Below, one piece after another: positions 1 to 14,299 of a stretch of DNA of 64,000 nucleotides. How positions within the stretch are numbered: position 1 is the stretch's first letter; every line of letters starts with the position of its first letter. Source of the DNA: Octopus vulgaris. Its lineage: Eukaryota. The notes under the pieces are model-generated. The model was not told the DNA's origin, made no database searches, and worked only from the letters and a program-made list of their open reading frames with translations. Both the position numbers and the translations under genes were made by a program. The stretch is taken from assembly GCA_951406725.2 (NCBI GenBank), contig OX597824.1, positions 23,746,001 through 23,810,000 on the forward strand, in the 5' to 3' direction.

Positions 1-127
1 GCTATCTAACTATAAATCTATCCACCTATCTATCAATCTATCTATTTATCTATCTATCGATAAATATATAGAAACACACATAAATACATAGAAACGCCCA
101 TTTACAAATCTACATACATAATACATT

Positions 128-163
<36 letters not shown>

Positions 164-511
164 TATATATATATAAATACATAGGTATGTATGTGTGTAT
201 ATATAATATATATATATGTGTATATGCAAGTACGTATATATATATATATATATATACATATATATATACATATATATACATATATATACATACATACATA
301 TATATATATATATGTATATATACACACACAGATATATATATATATATAATTTGGAGTGGTGTACAGATTTTATATATTAAGAAAAGGGAGGTAGTCAAGA
401 TTTAGATAATAACCATTTATCTAGTGTTTCCGTCTCTTTCATACATACAGACAACCACTTATATATATACATACATCTATGTGCGTGTGTGCGTGTGTAT
501 GTATATGTATA

Positions 512-645
<134 letters not shown>

Positions 646-828
646 CACGCACCTGCGTGCGCATACATATATAGATACACATGCAAATTTATTCCATCTC
701 GTTCAGCAATTTGGTGAAGCTATTACACCATTCTCATTAGGTGGAACAAATATGTATTCCTTCTACAAATTCTAACAAGCACATATTGATAAGTACATTC
801 ATATACATATACACACATACATACACGT

Positions 829-859
<31 letters not shown>

Positions 860-1013
860 CATATATATACATATATATATACATACACACGCAGACAGAT
901 ACACAAACATACTTACACGCACGCATAAACGCACACACACACACACATATATATATATTCATGTGATTAATATAGCTATATTATATAGATATGTATGCAT
1001 AAAAACACACATA

Positions 1014-1068
<55 letters not shown>

Positions 1069-1181
1069 ATGTGAGTGTGTGAATAAGCTTGTAATTGTGG
1101 TTCTATGCATCTGTATTGTTTTCTATGTATCTACGTATCTATTCATGTTTAAATTGCACACACGTATGTATATATATATAC

Positions 1182-1229
<48 letters not shown>

Positions 1230-1246
1230 CATATATATATGTATAC

Positions 1247-1324
<78 letters not shown>

Positions 1325-1334
1325 ATATAGAAGG

Positions 1335-1432
1335 AGCTTCTACAGGACTAGAACTGTTTCATTCAAGAGAAATCTTCAGGAAGCTTCCTGAAGATTTCTC
1401 TTGAATGAAACAGTTCTAGTCCTGTAGAAGCT
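1335..1432. ncRNA. Type I hammerhead ribozyme encoded on both strands of a perfect 128-bp palindrome (1320-1447)
   Basis: + strand: stem I AGCTTC (1382-87) / GAAGCT (1427-32); CTGAAGA (1388-94); stem II TTC-TCTT-GAA with a T.T closing mismatch; GAAA (1407-10); stem III CAG/CTG; GTA cleavage triplet ending at 1426. The mirror copy lies on the - strand at 1335-1385. Confidence 0.75.
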
Positions 1433-1515
1433 CCTTCTATATAATAAATTAATTTTACTCTGCTCTGTATTGAGTACCTTATTTACTGTGGTTAACCCCG
1501 AATCAACCCGGGACC

Positions 1516-1603
<88 letters not shown>

Positions 1604-1859
1604 CATATACATATATATATGTATATATATGTATATATATATATATACATATATATATACACACACATTTAATTGCCAAGCGAGTGTGGTGTCATATTCG
1701 GTACAGTGTCACTGACATTTATAACCCATGTTACGATTCCGTATTGCTACTGTTTACGTCTCGCTCAGAGATTTAATATAGCATACATACACCCCCCCCC
1801 ACACACACACACACTCACACACTCACAAATATACACACACACACATATGTATATATATT

Positions 1860-2165
1860 CTCGTTATGAGGGTAAAAAATTTAGAATAATTCATCACCAG
1901 TGGTTCGCACGTGTTTTTCGGTACGTGTTAAAAGCTACGTACTTATGCATTCTTTTAGAAATCCCACTGATGAACTACGGATGACAAAGTAATTTATGTG
2001 CTTATTAGTAGGGAAACTCTAGTATGGGATTAACTATTCATTCTAGTGCCATTATCGGCATGCCTTCACAATTATTTTATGCGTAGTTTGGATTTAACTG
2101 CCCCTTTTATCGTGGAAGAAATCCTGTCAAGGGTCTTCTCTCTAGGTGTATATCTTTATACACTC

Positions 2166-2168
<3 letters not shown>
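1860..2168 (+). mobile_element. PLE (Penelope-like) pLTR-type non-coding insert in a (TA)n tract
   Basis: Complex ~300-bp island flanked by TA/CA repeats and containing a hammerhead. Related sequence occurs at 45035-45232 and, inverted, at 46170-46225. Confidence 0.55.
1960..2031 (+). ncRNA. Type I hammerhead ribozyme with long stem II
   Basis: AATCCCA (1960-66), CTGATGA (1967-73), A-CTAC...GTAG-G, GAAA (2013-16), CTCTAG, TA (2023-24), TGGGATT (2025-31). Stem I is 7 perfect base pairs. Confidence 0.8.
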
Positions 2169-2197
<29 letters not shown>

Positions 2198-2247
2198 TGG
2201 CGATTTTTTTCCTCCGTCTTCCCTTCTCTGGATCTTTCCTTTTCCTA

Positions 2248-2284
2248 TGTTTCTGACGAAGAGCTCCGCTCGAAACGTAAAACA
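2248..2284 (+). ncRNA. Minimal type I hammerhead ribozyme (PLE-type)
   Basis: TGTTT CTGACGA A GAGC-TCC-GCTC GAAA CG TA AAACA. Stem I is 5 bp, stem II 4 bp, and stem III is reduced to palindromic ACGT, as described for PLE minimal HHRs. Lies within insert 2197-2385 between TA tracts. Confidence 0.85.
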
Positions 2285-2380
2285 GTCCTTCTTCCCTTCC
2301 TTCCTGAGCGTCCAATAATACTATATTTGTTCCACGTCCCCGCGTTGTTGTGTTTTCTCTTGGTATTTTCATGTTTGGGT

Positions 2381-2417
<37 letters not shown>

Positions 2418-2421
<4 letters not shown>

Positions 2422-2633
2422 CATAAATGAGGGCAAAGGAAAAAATTTCTAATGCCAAATATGCCGAAAAATTGGACATATTGTCCATTAGCCATATAAA
2501 TTTTCACAATACGCACGCTACTCGCGTAGCGTGCGTATTGTGAAAAATTTATATGGCTAATGGACAATATGTTCAATTTTTTTCGGCATATTTGGCATTA
2601 GAAATTTTTTCCTTTTGCCCTCATTTATGAATT
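2418..2633. repeat. Long fold-back inverted repeat (~105-bp arms, 4-nt loop TCGC) in a TA-embedded insert
   Basis: AATTCATAAATGAGGGC...CACGCTAC tcgc GTAGCGTG...GCCCTCATTTATGAATT. The arms differ mainly in homopolymer lengths. Confidence 0.9.
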
Positions 2634-2739
2634 GTTTATGAATTTAACCGTTAAAGGTATTTTTTAATATGCTGGCCATCGATAAAATTTTTTTCGAGAA
2701 AATATATTTTTTTCTAAAAGAATTTTATCCTCACATTTG

Positions 2740-2772
<33 letters not shown>

Positions 2773-3578
2773 GCCGCATTCCTTCCGACTTTGCATTTTG
2801 GGTTCAAATGCCTCTCGTCCCTTCGGTGTCGTTAAAATATGTACCAATTGAACACAGACAACGATGTAATTGACTAGACTCCTCCCGCAAAACTTCACGC
2901 CTTGTGCCCAGTTGTAAAGGTTAGTTTTGTTGCTGTTGCTATTGCTATCGTTATATTAATAAGAATAAGAACAAGAACAACAACATCAATGCTAGCAATA
3001 TTTATTGATAATCATAATATTAATATATAATAATGGAAGTGTTGACAGGTAATTAAAACAAAGGAGGAGTGTTTCGTATTAAACGTGTCATAGATGTATG
3101 TGAGTATTAGTGGGAGGAGAGAGAGAGTAAAAGACCAGGAGTGGAACAGAGCGGGGGGTGGTGGAGAGAACCTTACCAAGAGTGACGAGAAGCTAGGTAG
3201 GGATGGATGGGTGGGTGGTGGGGGAAATGGCACCGGATGAAAATAATAATAAATGAATGTGGAATAATAGTATGATGATTGGAAATACAGCTAGGAATTA
3301 AATCGAGAGCAGAGTATCGCTCATACTTACACTTAACGAGACCCGTACACTCAGTAATACATAACTACGTTACGCACACATATATATATATGCACACAAA
3401 CACACACTTTTAATGGGTGCATACAAGCTGAGATGTATATATAAATGTATGTGTGAGTGTGTGTGCGTGTGTGTGTGCGTGTGTATGTGTGTGTGTATGT
3501 ATATAGATGTATGCATGCTTGTATGTATGTATATATATATATATATATATATAAATATATATATTTACGATATATATA

Positions 3579-3690
3579 CACACGAGGGCACTGCATGAGT
3601 ACCTACATCGCTAAAAATAGAAGTCAGAATTACTTCTGTGCCACGACTTGTATTTTTAGCGATGTCGGCGCTCGTGTAGTACCCTCGAGT
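3579..3690. mobile_element. Short hairpin MITE (mariner-like CGAGGG termini) in a TA context
   Basis: About 42 bp of imperfect pairing between GAGGGCACTGCATGAG...AAGTC and GACTT...GTACCCTC, flanked by TA repeats. Confidence 0.55.
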
Positions 3691-3734
3691 ATATATAAGT
3701 ATATATAAGTACATAGCTTATATTGTATGTATAT

Positions 3735-3779
<45 letters not shown>

Positions 3780-3877
3780 AATATTATTAGAGACAAAACC
3801 ACTATTTTGCAAAACAAACAAGGAAAGACTTAATCAATACATAAAATTTTAATAAATAGTCAAAAAAATAAATAGTC

Positions 3878-3922
<45 letters not shown>

Positions 3923-4093
3923 TACGTATATATAGATATATACATACATATGTATATACAAATATATATGAATACATACATAAATTTATATATTCATATA
4001 TAGATATGTATATATACATACACAAACATCTATATACATAAATATATATACTTACATATATATATATATATATTTCAATATATATATATACAT

Positions 4094-4221
<128 letters not shown>

Positions 4222-4410
4222 GTAAAATTGTCGACAATAGTGCTAACGATTCCACCAGCTCATCGCTTTACACTACTGAACTATATTAACACCAGAACTT
4301 GAGGCTAATCCTTTTTCACCCGTTGTAGTTACAAAGCAAATGTTTTTCATAGTCACCGATGTAATCAGTTTAATGATTATATGTATAAATATATATATAT
4401 ACACGTATAA

Positions 4411-4503
<93 letters not shown>

Positions 4504-4504
<1 letters not shown>

Positions 4505-4650
4505 TAGCTCAATTCCGCTGTTTACAGCAGTGCTTGGAATGAAGATGTGTTGCGTGTGATTGTCGCATTGACCATGACAGACAAAGTTGAGCAGAGAATC
4601 TGCATCAAATTTGGCCAAAAGTTTGTCAATACCTGCTCAGAGGTCTACGA
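4504..4650 (+). mobile_element. Mariner transposase 5' relic
   Basis: Translates as [17 protein letters not shown]..., the mariner N-terminal EQRxCIKF motif. Confidence 0.7.
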
Positions 4651-4654
4651 CAAC

Positions 4655-5168
4655 TTTTCAAATTTCCATCGTTCTTGACAGTATCAAGGAGATCTTGTGA
4701 AACCCGAGTGTCGTCTTCGGTCGGCTAAAAGCAGTTTTGGCACAAGCTTGGCAGACACGTGTCTCATACCCATCTCTTCAGTGGTAATGGACTGAACTGA
4801 ACCGTGACTAATCTGCACATCCTCTGATAACTCATGGATGGTGATTCGACAATTTCCCATCAGAGCTGCACGCACGTCTGCGATGTTTTTCTGTTCTGCT
4901 GGTTGCGGGTCTCCCAGAGCGTTCGTCAATATCGACATTTATTCGTCCATCTACACCACTCGGACACTTGTGTGCAGCTCATAGACTCATCTCCATACAC
5001 TTTCTGCAATCTTGCGTAGCCCTCTGAGTAGGTATCACCATGACAACTTTCTCTGTCAAGGTCAATGCGACGATCACACGCTACACACCTTCCTTCCAAG
5101 CACTTCTGTAAACAGCAGAAGTGAGCTAGAGCGTTAAAATTAGCGTGCATGCACAGCAGAGTCCAAGT
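4655..5168 (-). pseudogene. Mariner transposase relic (N-terminal HTH region), inverted relative to 4504-4650
   Basis: ORF pieces LQKVYGDESMSCTQVSEW and RITIHELSEDVQISHGSVQSITTEEMGMRHVSAKLVPKLL (WVPxxL-like motif). Shares 5' sequence with the + copy. Confidence 0.85.
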
Positions 5169-5169
5169 T

Positions 5170-5395
5170 CAATGTGTGTGTATATGTTTTTGTGTCTGTG
5201 TTTGTCCCCAGCCATCATCACTTGACAACCGATGTTGGTGTGTTTACGTCCCCGTAACTTAGCGGTTCGGCAAAAAGAGCGGCAAAACTAGGCGGATAGA
5301 ATAAGTACTAGGCTTACAAAGAATAGGTCCTGGGGTCTATTTGCTCCAGCATGGCCGCAGAGTCAAATGACTGAAACGAGTAAAAGAGTAAAAGA
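5170..5395 (+). mobile_element. SINE family A, 3' half
   Basis: Matches the tail of the full copies at 33123 and 55908 (…GTAACTTAGCGGTTCGGCAAAA…CAAATGACTGAAAC…GTAAAAGAGTAAAAG). Confidence 0.85.
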
Positions 5396-5506
<111 letters not shown>

Positions 5507-5520
5507 TGTATGTGTATGTG

Positions 5521-5580
<60 letters not shown>

Positions 5581-6150
5581 AATGTGTGCGTATATATACA
5601 TGCATATATACAAACACACGCGCGCGCGCAAACATACACACGCATATACACTGTCATTTTGTTGTTCGACTAAAACCATTCAACGCGGTGCTCCAGTCCA
5701 ATGACTGCAAAAGAGCAGATAAAGGAAAGGAGACATATGCTCGTCTGTATACATTAGACGCGCATGTGAGTGCATGTGTGCCTAATAGGCATACGTGGAT
5801 TTCCATAAGCAGAACGAAATCAGCAGGTGGTAGCGAGTTAATGAAAACTCCTTCTCATTGATAATGTTTATGATTAGGGAAAGTATATATGCATTGAAGG
5901 TTTTACGTTTCTAGGATACCGTGTTCCCATGATGCTCGGCTTTTGTAATGCTGTATGCATTGCTCGTCAATTATTAAGCAACTTCCTATAATAATTCTGA
6001 TATTTTTATATACTTATATTCAATACATTTTTCTGAATATTTCTATTGAGCGATTGATTATGCAACCATCTGAGTTTGAGTTTTATATTCATAGAGTTAC
6101 GTATTTGGTGTGAAAATATATGCATGTAGAAATACGTATCTGCGTCCATA

Positions 6151-6242
<92 letters not shown>

Positions 6243-6339
6243 CATATATGTGTGTGTAGGTATATATGTATATATACATATATATACATACATATATCTC
6301 TGTGTAGATATATATATATATATGTATGTATATATATGT

Positions 6340-6398
<59 letters not shown>

Positions 6399-6442
6399 CA
6401 TATATATATATATACATATATATAACTACACACACATATATG

Positions 6443-6506
<64 letters not shown>

Positions 6507-6749
6507 TGCGCATGTATATCTAGATGGATGGAAGGGTGTATGAATGAAGGGACGGATGAGTGTGGGTGTATAAATATAAAAAGAACAACGTGGGAAAAGA
6601 GGAAATGACATCTTGCATAGAGGTACATTTCAAGGCGATTTCTTGATACCTACATTGGAAATCATCTAGATATCTACCCAGTTCTCTAAACACCTACGCT
6701 ACTGAAGATTCGGCCAGTCTAAAAAGTATTTTATACTAAAGAATTCCGC

Positions 6750-6797
<48 letters not shown>

Positions 6798-6831
6798 TAG
6801 AATTATAATAATAATAATAAGATTAATAATG

Positions 6832-6919
<88 letters not shown>

Positions 6920-6944
6920 TAATAATAATAATAATAATAATAAG

Positions 6945-6985
<41 letters not shown>

Positions 6986-6990
6986 TGATG

Positions 6991-7029
<39 letters not shown>

Positions 7030-7058
7030 GTAATGATGATGATGAGGATAATAATAAC

Positions 7059-7115
<57 letters not shown>

Positions 7116-7210
7116 GACAACAATAATAATAATGCTAAGCATTTTTCCCGGCGTGCTTTTGATAGCTCACCGCTTTAAATAATAGAAATAATAATAATAA
7201 TAATAATAAT

Positions 7211-7243
<33 letters not shown>

Positions 7244-7285
7244 AATAATAGTAATAATAATAATAATAATAATAATAGTAATAAT
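6750..7285. repeat. (TAA)n/(CAA)n microsatellite block
   Basis: Directly visible; source of the poly-I/poly-L ORFs. Confidence 0.95.
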
Positions 7286-9512
7286 ATCCGAAAACTATCC
7301 TAATTCCCAAATCCATTGAAACGGCGAAGCCACAAAATTAAAGACTAATAACTTGTCTCCCTACAATTTACAAAGCCTTTACTGCAATGATATCGCAGAG
7401 AATCTGGAAGAAAACAACCTGTTTCCAGAACAGCAGAAGGTATGCTGCAAGGGCTCATGCGGCTGTAAAGATCAACTAATGATCAATAAAGCCATAACTG
7501 AAGACAGCCGTAGAAAGAAGAAAGGCCTCAGTATGTCCTGGATCGACTACTGAAAGGCTTTTGATAGTATTCTTCACACGTGGATCCTCGAAACACTAGC
7601 CATGAACAAGGCAGCACCAATAATTATAAATTACATAAGACACTCTATGAATAAATGGCAGACAGTGCTACAGCTCCAAACTAAAGTGGGACTCATAACA
7701 GCCAAAGCCATCCGCATTAGAGGAGGAGTATTCCAGTGAGACACACTCTCTACACTCCTTATTTTTCTCGGCACTGACACCTTTACCTGATATGCTAAAC
7801 AGAACTGGATGCGGATATAAATGTTACGGCAAAACAATCAGCCACCTCTTATATATGGAAGACCTAAAACCATACACTTCAAATGATAAACAGCTGGAAA
7901 CATTACTACAGATAGTACATGGATTTACCAAAGAAATAAATATGAAATTTGGCTTTAAAAAATGTGCCAAATCAAACTTGAAAAGAGGAAAACTAGTTCA
8001 GAGTAGCAACATCACACTAGAGAAGGCAACTGAAATAAGAGAATTAAACAAAAGCTAGACATACAAATATTTAGGAATCAGTGAACTATATACGATACAA
8101 CACACACAAATAAAAGAAAAAATTAAAAAAGAATATTATAGACGAGTTAGATCAATACTGAAAACAGAGCTCAATGCTAAAAACAAGATAATAGGTATTA
8201 ACACTTTATCCGTCCCAGTTATAAGTTACATTTACAAAATCCTTAACTGGACACTAAATGAACTAATTAAAATAGACAGGAAAACAAGAAAAATAATAAC
8301 AGGATTTTGGATGCACCACCTAAAATCTGAGAGGAAAGGTTATATATACAAGGTATAGAAGGTTATATATACATCGTATATGTGGTAGAGGCCTTCTACA
8401 GTTAGAAAACTATTACAAAATAACCACTATAGGACTGTAAAAATATTTACTTCAGAAGCAAGGAAAACTAATACAAATAGCCACAAAACACGAGCAAAAG
8501 AAAAAACTGCTTTCAGTCTTCAAGGAAGCTCAAAAATACAAACAAGAAGTCATACTACCTAACCAATATGGAGAAGAAGAAGAAACAACAAAAGCTGTAA
8601 AACAAATGAAATCCAAATTAAAATTAAAAAGCAACGGATCAGGATAAAACGATAGCAAGAAAAGCCCCTTCATGGCAAATACTGGGTTAAAGTAAACGGA
8701 AAAGAAATAGACAAAGAAAAATTGCAACATTGGCCGAGAAGCCCAGGATTCAAAGCAGAGACTGAAGGATTTTTAATTGCAGCACAAGACCAAAGCCTCC
8801 CCACCAGAAATTATCAAAAACGTATAATGAAAAGAAACAAGTAATTGCAGAATATGTGGAGATGGACAAAAAACAATAAATCATATTGTCTCCGGCTGCC
8901 CAGTCCTGGCTAAGAAGGAATATATTCACAGACACGACAGAGTTGGGACCTCCATACACGGGAAGCTATGCCAACACTATGGAATAACAACAGAAAAATG
9001 ATGGTATAGACACACGTCAGAAAAATTCACAGAAAATGAGAAAGCAACAATACTATGGAATATGCCAATACACACAGTTAGAGAAATTAAGGCCAAGAGG
9101 CCAGATATAGATGTCAGAGATCATGAAGGAAAAAAATGCTTTCTAATTGATGTATCAATACCAATAGACGACAACGTTTCTCTGAAAGTTATAGTGAAAC
9201 TTTGAAATACAAAGACCTGGAAATAGAGGTAACTAGAATGTGGAATCTAAAAACAGAAACAATTCCTATCATAGTAGGTGCATTAGACATGATAAAAAGA
9301 TATTCAGACAAATATATAACAAAAACACCAGGACTCACAAGTATATATAACATAAAGAAAATTGCACTACTGGGCATTGCACACATCCTACGCATAACAC
9401 TTTCAATACAGTAACCATAATAGCATCACAGCAAACCACAGCACATGCCCAAGGCACACAGAGCAGCGCTCGGTAGTGAAGTGAAAGCACGTGATAAAAA
9501 TAAGACTACTGA
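7286..9512 (+). mobile_element. 5'-truncated, decayed R4/Dong-clade non-LTR retrotransposon (RT + CCHC + RLE)
   Basis: Frameshifted motifs GSCGCKDQLMINKAI, LSMSWIDY*KAFDS, RGGVFQ*D, SHLLYMEDLK, YKYLG, ETEGFLIAAQDQSLPTRNY, CRICG...HIVSGC, RHD, RPDI...CFLIDVSIP and IALLGIAHIL. Flanked on both sides by TAA-type repeats, the known Dong target. Confidence 0.92.
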
Positions 9513-9518
9513 ATGATG

Positions 9519-9610
<92 letters not shown>

Positions 9611-9735
9611 CTCCCCCCAAAATATATGGCACACTAGGCATAACAACAACATGAACTTCCAACCTGTTGTCTCTTGAGGTCTCTGGGTGAGACTTGGAGC
9701 CAACTTGTACAAATATAAAGCAAAACTCAAACATA

Positions 9736-9738
<3 letters not shown>
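9611..9738 (+). mobile_element. Dong-like family 2, 3' UTR end, between (TAA)n tracts
   Basis: Same sequence as the 3' UTR of the copies at 36891-37241 (-) and 50921-51388 (+), which retain the RLE C-terminus. Confidence 0.75.
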
Positions 9739-9793
<55 letters not shown>

Positions 9794-9854
9794 AATGATA
9801 ATAATAACAACAATAATAATAATGATGATAATGATGATGATGATGATGATGATG

Positions 9855-9921
<67 letters not shown>

Positions 9922-10335
9922 TGATACGGAGGAGGTGGAGGAGGCAAAAGTAAAAATAAAAGGTAAATAAAAACTAAGTCCTCGATTATTTGTATTCCCG
10001 TGTCACAGACGAGCACTTATGCGGAGGGACTTTCTCAACCGTTCGAGCAGAAAACAGACGTAAGAGGATTAAGGATGAATAAACGTCGCAAACGAAATCC
10101 AGTTTTGGCTCACCTGATCCCCCATTATCTGGTTAAGTCGTAGGTCACGTCAGATGCCTTATAAGTATTTCATCACGGGAACAGTCTCGGTCGGTGGGAA
10201 AAAAACATGCTTTCACTTTTAGTCAGTCAAATGTTTTGACGATCGGACACGTGATTCACGTTGCCTATGGAACTGAGAAAAAATGAATGCTTTTTATGTC
10301 AACGGCATTTCACCTAGTTTCAATTTACATGTATT

Positions 10336-10423
<88 letters not shown>

Positions 10424-10731
10424 TTATATATATATATATGAAAAAACAAGTCAAAATAGAAAATGCTATATATATATATATATATGCACACATATATATA
10501 TATATACATACATACATGCATACATATATGCACTTATGCATTTGTGCATACATGCAAATATATATAATTATACACATATATATATATATATATGTATACA
10601 TGTATGTATGTATGTATGTTTATATGTATGTATGTGTGTATGTGTGTGTATATGCATGTGTGTATGATGTGCGAATCTGAACGTGTGCTTACATATGCTT
10701 CTATCTATATATGTATGCATCTCTCTCTCTC

Positions 10732-10808
<77 letters not shown>

Positions 10809-11205
10809 TGCCTTTATTTGTTCTTTTATACAAGTACTCATTATACTGGAATATACATTTTAAATCTACATCATATATCATAAAGCATTATAGGATATAT
10901 ATGTATATATATATATATGCAATTATTTTTTATATAACACTAAATGTGTGGTGTTGATGCGTATATATAAATAGCACCTCCATGGGAACATTCCTTAAAT
11001 TCCTCTCAAGAATATCTAGGTGATGCCATTTTGGCAGTTATCATCTGCCTTCATCAAGCATTGTTTGTGCTTTTTCCGGGTTTAGACACAATGTATCACG
11101 TTTGAACTAATGTACTTTCTACAACATCGCGGAACGTCTTATAACTATTGTGCTGCGAGTGTGCACACCTATATGCATATATATATATATGTGTGTGTGT
11201 GTGTA

Positions 11206-11262
<57 letters not shown>

Positions 11263-11415
11263 ATATATATGTATATATATATGTATATATATATATATGT
11301 ATATATATATATGTGTATATATGTATATGTATATATATATATATACATATGTTTATATATATATACTTGTGTGTGATGATGTGTTGTGTGTGTCGTGAAG
11401 TGGTTTGTGAATGTG

Positions 11416-11464
<49 letters not shown>

Positions 11465-11844
11465 TAAGTGTAGCCTCAAGGTGTAGGGTAATGTAAAAAG
11501 TCACATGGCGCTAATAGAATAGGAGCCATTCTAATAAGACAGATGAGGACGACGATGATGATGATGATGATGATGATGATGACGGTGTGTGTGTGTGGGT
11601 GGGTGGGGAGTTGTAGTGGTGGCGGTGGGGATGATGATGATGATGATGGCGTTGTTGTCAAGGATAATTGCTTGTAGTCGTAGTAACAGTAGATGGAGGA
11701 GCACTAGTAGCTGTTCTGGGTATTGTTGTTGTGGTTGTGGATGTCATTGTTGTTGCTGCTGCTACTTTTGTTGTAGGTACAAGTTGCGAATGTATGATGA
11801 GAAAGTTGTATTTGAAAGGTGTGTGTTTACGACGAAATACAGCG

Positions 11845-12362
11845 TGATGATGATAATGATGAGGAGGAGGAGGATGCTGACGGTGATAGCGATAACCTGT
11901 TTTTGTCAATAATATTGATGATGATGATGAATATGATGATGATGATGATGATGATGAGGAGGAGGAGGAGGAGGATAACGACGATAACGACGATGAATAT
12001 GGTGATGAGGAGGATGATGACGATGACGACGACGACGACGATGATTACAATTATGATGATGTTAATGATGCTGACGATGATAACGATAACCTCTTTTTGT
12101 CAATAATATTGATGATGATGATGATGAGGAGGAGGAGGAGGAGGAGCAGGATAACGACGATAACGACGATGAATATGATGATGATGATGACGATGACGAT
12201 GACGACGACGACGACGATGATGACAATTTTGATGACGTTAATGATGCTGACGATGATAACGATAACCTCTTTTTGTCAATAATATTGATGATGATGATGA
12301 ATATGATGATGATGATGATGATGAGGAGGAGGAGGAGGATAACGACGATAACGACGATGAAT

Positions 12363-12393
<31 letters not shown>

Positions 12394-12485
12394 CGATGAC
12401 GATGACGACGACGACGACGATGATGACAGTTATGATGACGTTAATGATGCTGACGATGATAACGATAACCTCTTTTTGTCAAGAA
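11845..12485. repeat. Higher-order tandem repeat (~170-210-bp unit) built of GAT/GAG/GAC triplets
   Basis: The anchor TGCTGACGATGATAACGATAACCTCTTTTTGTCAA recurs near 11875, 12070, 12245 and 12450. Confidence 0.85.
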
Positions 12486-12645
12486 TGTTGTTGTTGTTCA
12501 TGATGATGATGATGATGATGAAGATAACGACGACGACAATGAAGATGACGATGATGATGATGATGATGACGATGATGTTGATGATTAGGATGATGATGAT
12601 GATAATGATGATGATGATGATGATGATGACGATGATGTTGATGAT

Positions 12646-12714
<69 letters not shown>

Positions 12715-13905
12715 GATGACGATGATGACGATGCCGATGATGATGACAATTATGATGATGTTAATGATGGTGACGATGATAACGATAACTTGTGATGACG
12801 GCGATGATGATGATGATGATAATGATGATGTTGGTGGTGATGGTGGTGGCGGCGGTGGTGGTAGCGGCGGTGGTGGTGATGACAACGATGACGACGAGTG
12901 GTAGTGGTGGTGGCAGTGTTGACTATGATGATGATGATGATGATAATGATGATGATATCATAACGGTGACGAAGCTACCACTGAATGATGCGATGATGAC
13001 AACACAACAACACAAACCACATAACAACAACAACAACAACAACAACAACACCGACAGCAGCAGCAGCAGCAACGAAAAACCAAATCAACGTCAATACAAG
13101 AACGATGGGAAACGGAAGTGAAAACAGGTTAGCCGTAGGGGGATGCGGTGTGAGGTGAGGTGTGAGGTGAGGTGAGGTGAGGTAAAAAGAAAAAAAAAAG
13201 AAAAAGAAAAAGAGAAGGAAATTTAGGAGGGAGGGAGGAAGGGAGAAGAAGAAGATAACGTAGAGTAAGAAGAGGAGGGAGGAAGAGGGGGAGGGGTGGG
13301 GGTTACGTAGTAAAGTGCAGTGTGAGAACGAGTCACGTGAGCAAGGAGGGAGAAGAGAGGAATGTTTGGAAGGCACGAAAATGTGTGTCAAGGTGGCTTT
13401 CTTTAGCGATTTTGTAGAACGTAAACAAACTTTTGTTTACGTTCTGCTTCTTCTGCACGTGTATATCGGTGCGTGTTATGCGTGCCAGCACATATATGCA
13501 TGTATGTATGTATGTATATACCTGTTTGAGTGTGTGTAATTGCAAATATGTACGTACATTCCTATGTGTATACCCTACGCGTGTAGTAGTTAGTTAGTTC
13601 TTAATAATGCAGGTATGAATCTCTAAGTTTTGTTTATGTTGTCGCTATTAGACACACGTGCATTGCTGTGTGCGTGTTGCTATGGATATATAATATATAC
13701 ACACACACACAAAACAAAAACACTCGGGTAGACACAGGCAAACACACACACATACATATCTTTGTGTATTTATAAATATAAATACCGCACAACACAAATA
13801 TTGCTATATGTATAGAAATCTAAATATACACACACATCTATCTATTTATCTATTTATGTATGTATGTATGTATGTATCTATGTATGTATGTATGTATGTA
13901 TCTAT

Positions 13906-13937
<32 letters not shown>

Positions 13938-13972
13938 TTATCTATCTATCTATCAATCTGTCTGTCTTTCTG

Positions 13973-14005
<33 letters not shown>

Positions 14006-14013
14006 ATATCTAC

Positions 14014-14062
<49 letters not shown>

Positions 14063-14109
14063 AATCTGTCTGTCTTTCTGTCTATCTATCTATCTATCTA
14101 TCTATCTAC

Positions 14110-14188
<79 letters not shown>

Positions 14189-14252
14189 CCTATGTATACA
14201 TGTATATATATATATGTATATACATATGTTTACATATAAGTGTATATGCATG

Positions 14253-14299
<47 letters not shown>

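Noticed and set aside
6610-6750. RGTFQGD RT-like heptapeptide before (TAA)n
   Set aside because: Possibly a deleted Dong derivative, but a single motif is insufficient.
11019-11059. HHR-like TTGATGA A GGCAG..CTGCC AAAA TGGCA TC (minus strand)
   Set aside because: C3 and G12 are altered and stem I does not pair; kept only as a possible relic.
11845-12485. Regularly spaced ~35-bp anchor resembling a CRISPR array
   Set aside because: The intervening sequences are similar low-complexity triplets rather than unique spacers, the context is eukaryotic, and no cas genes are present.
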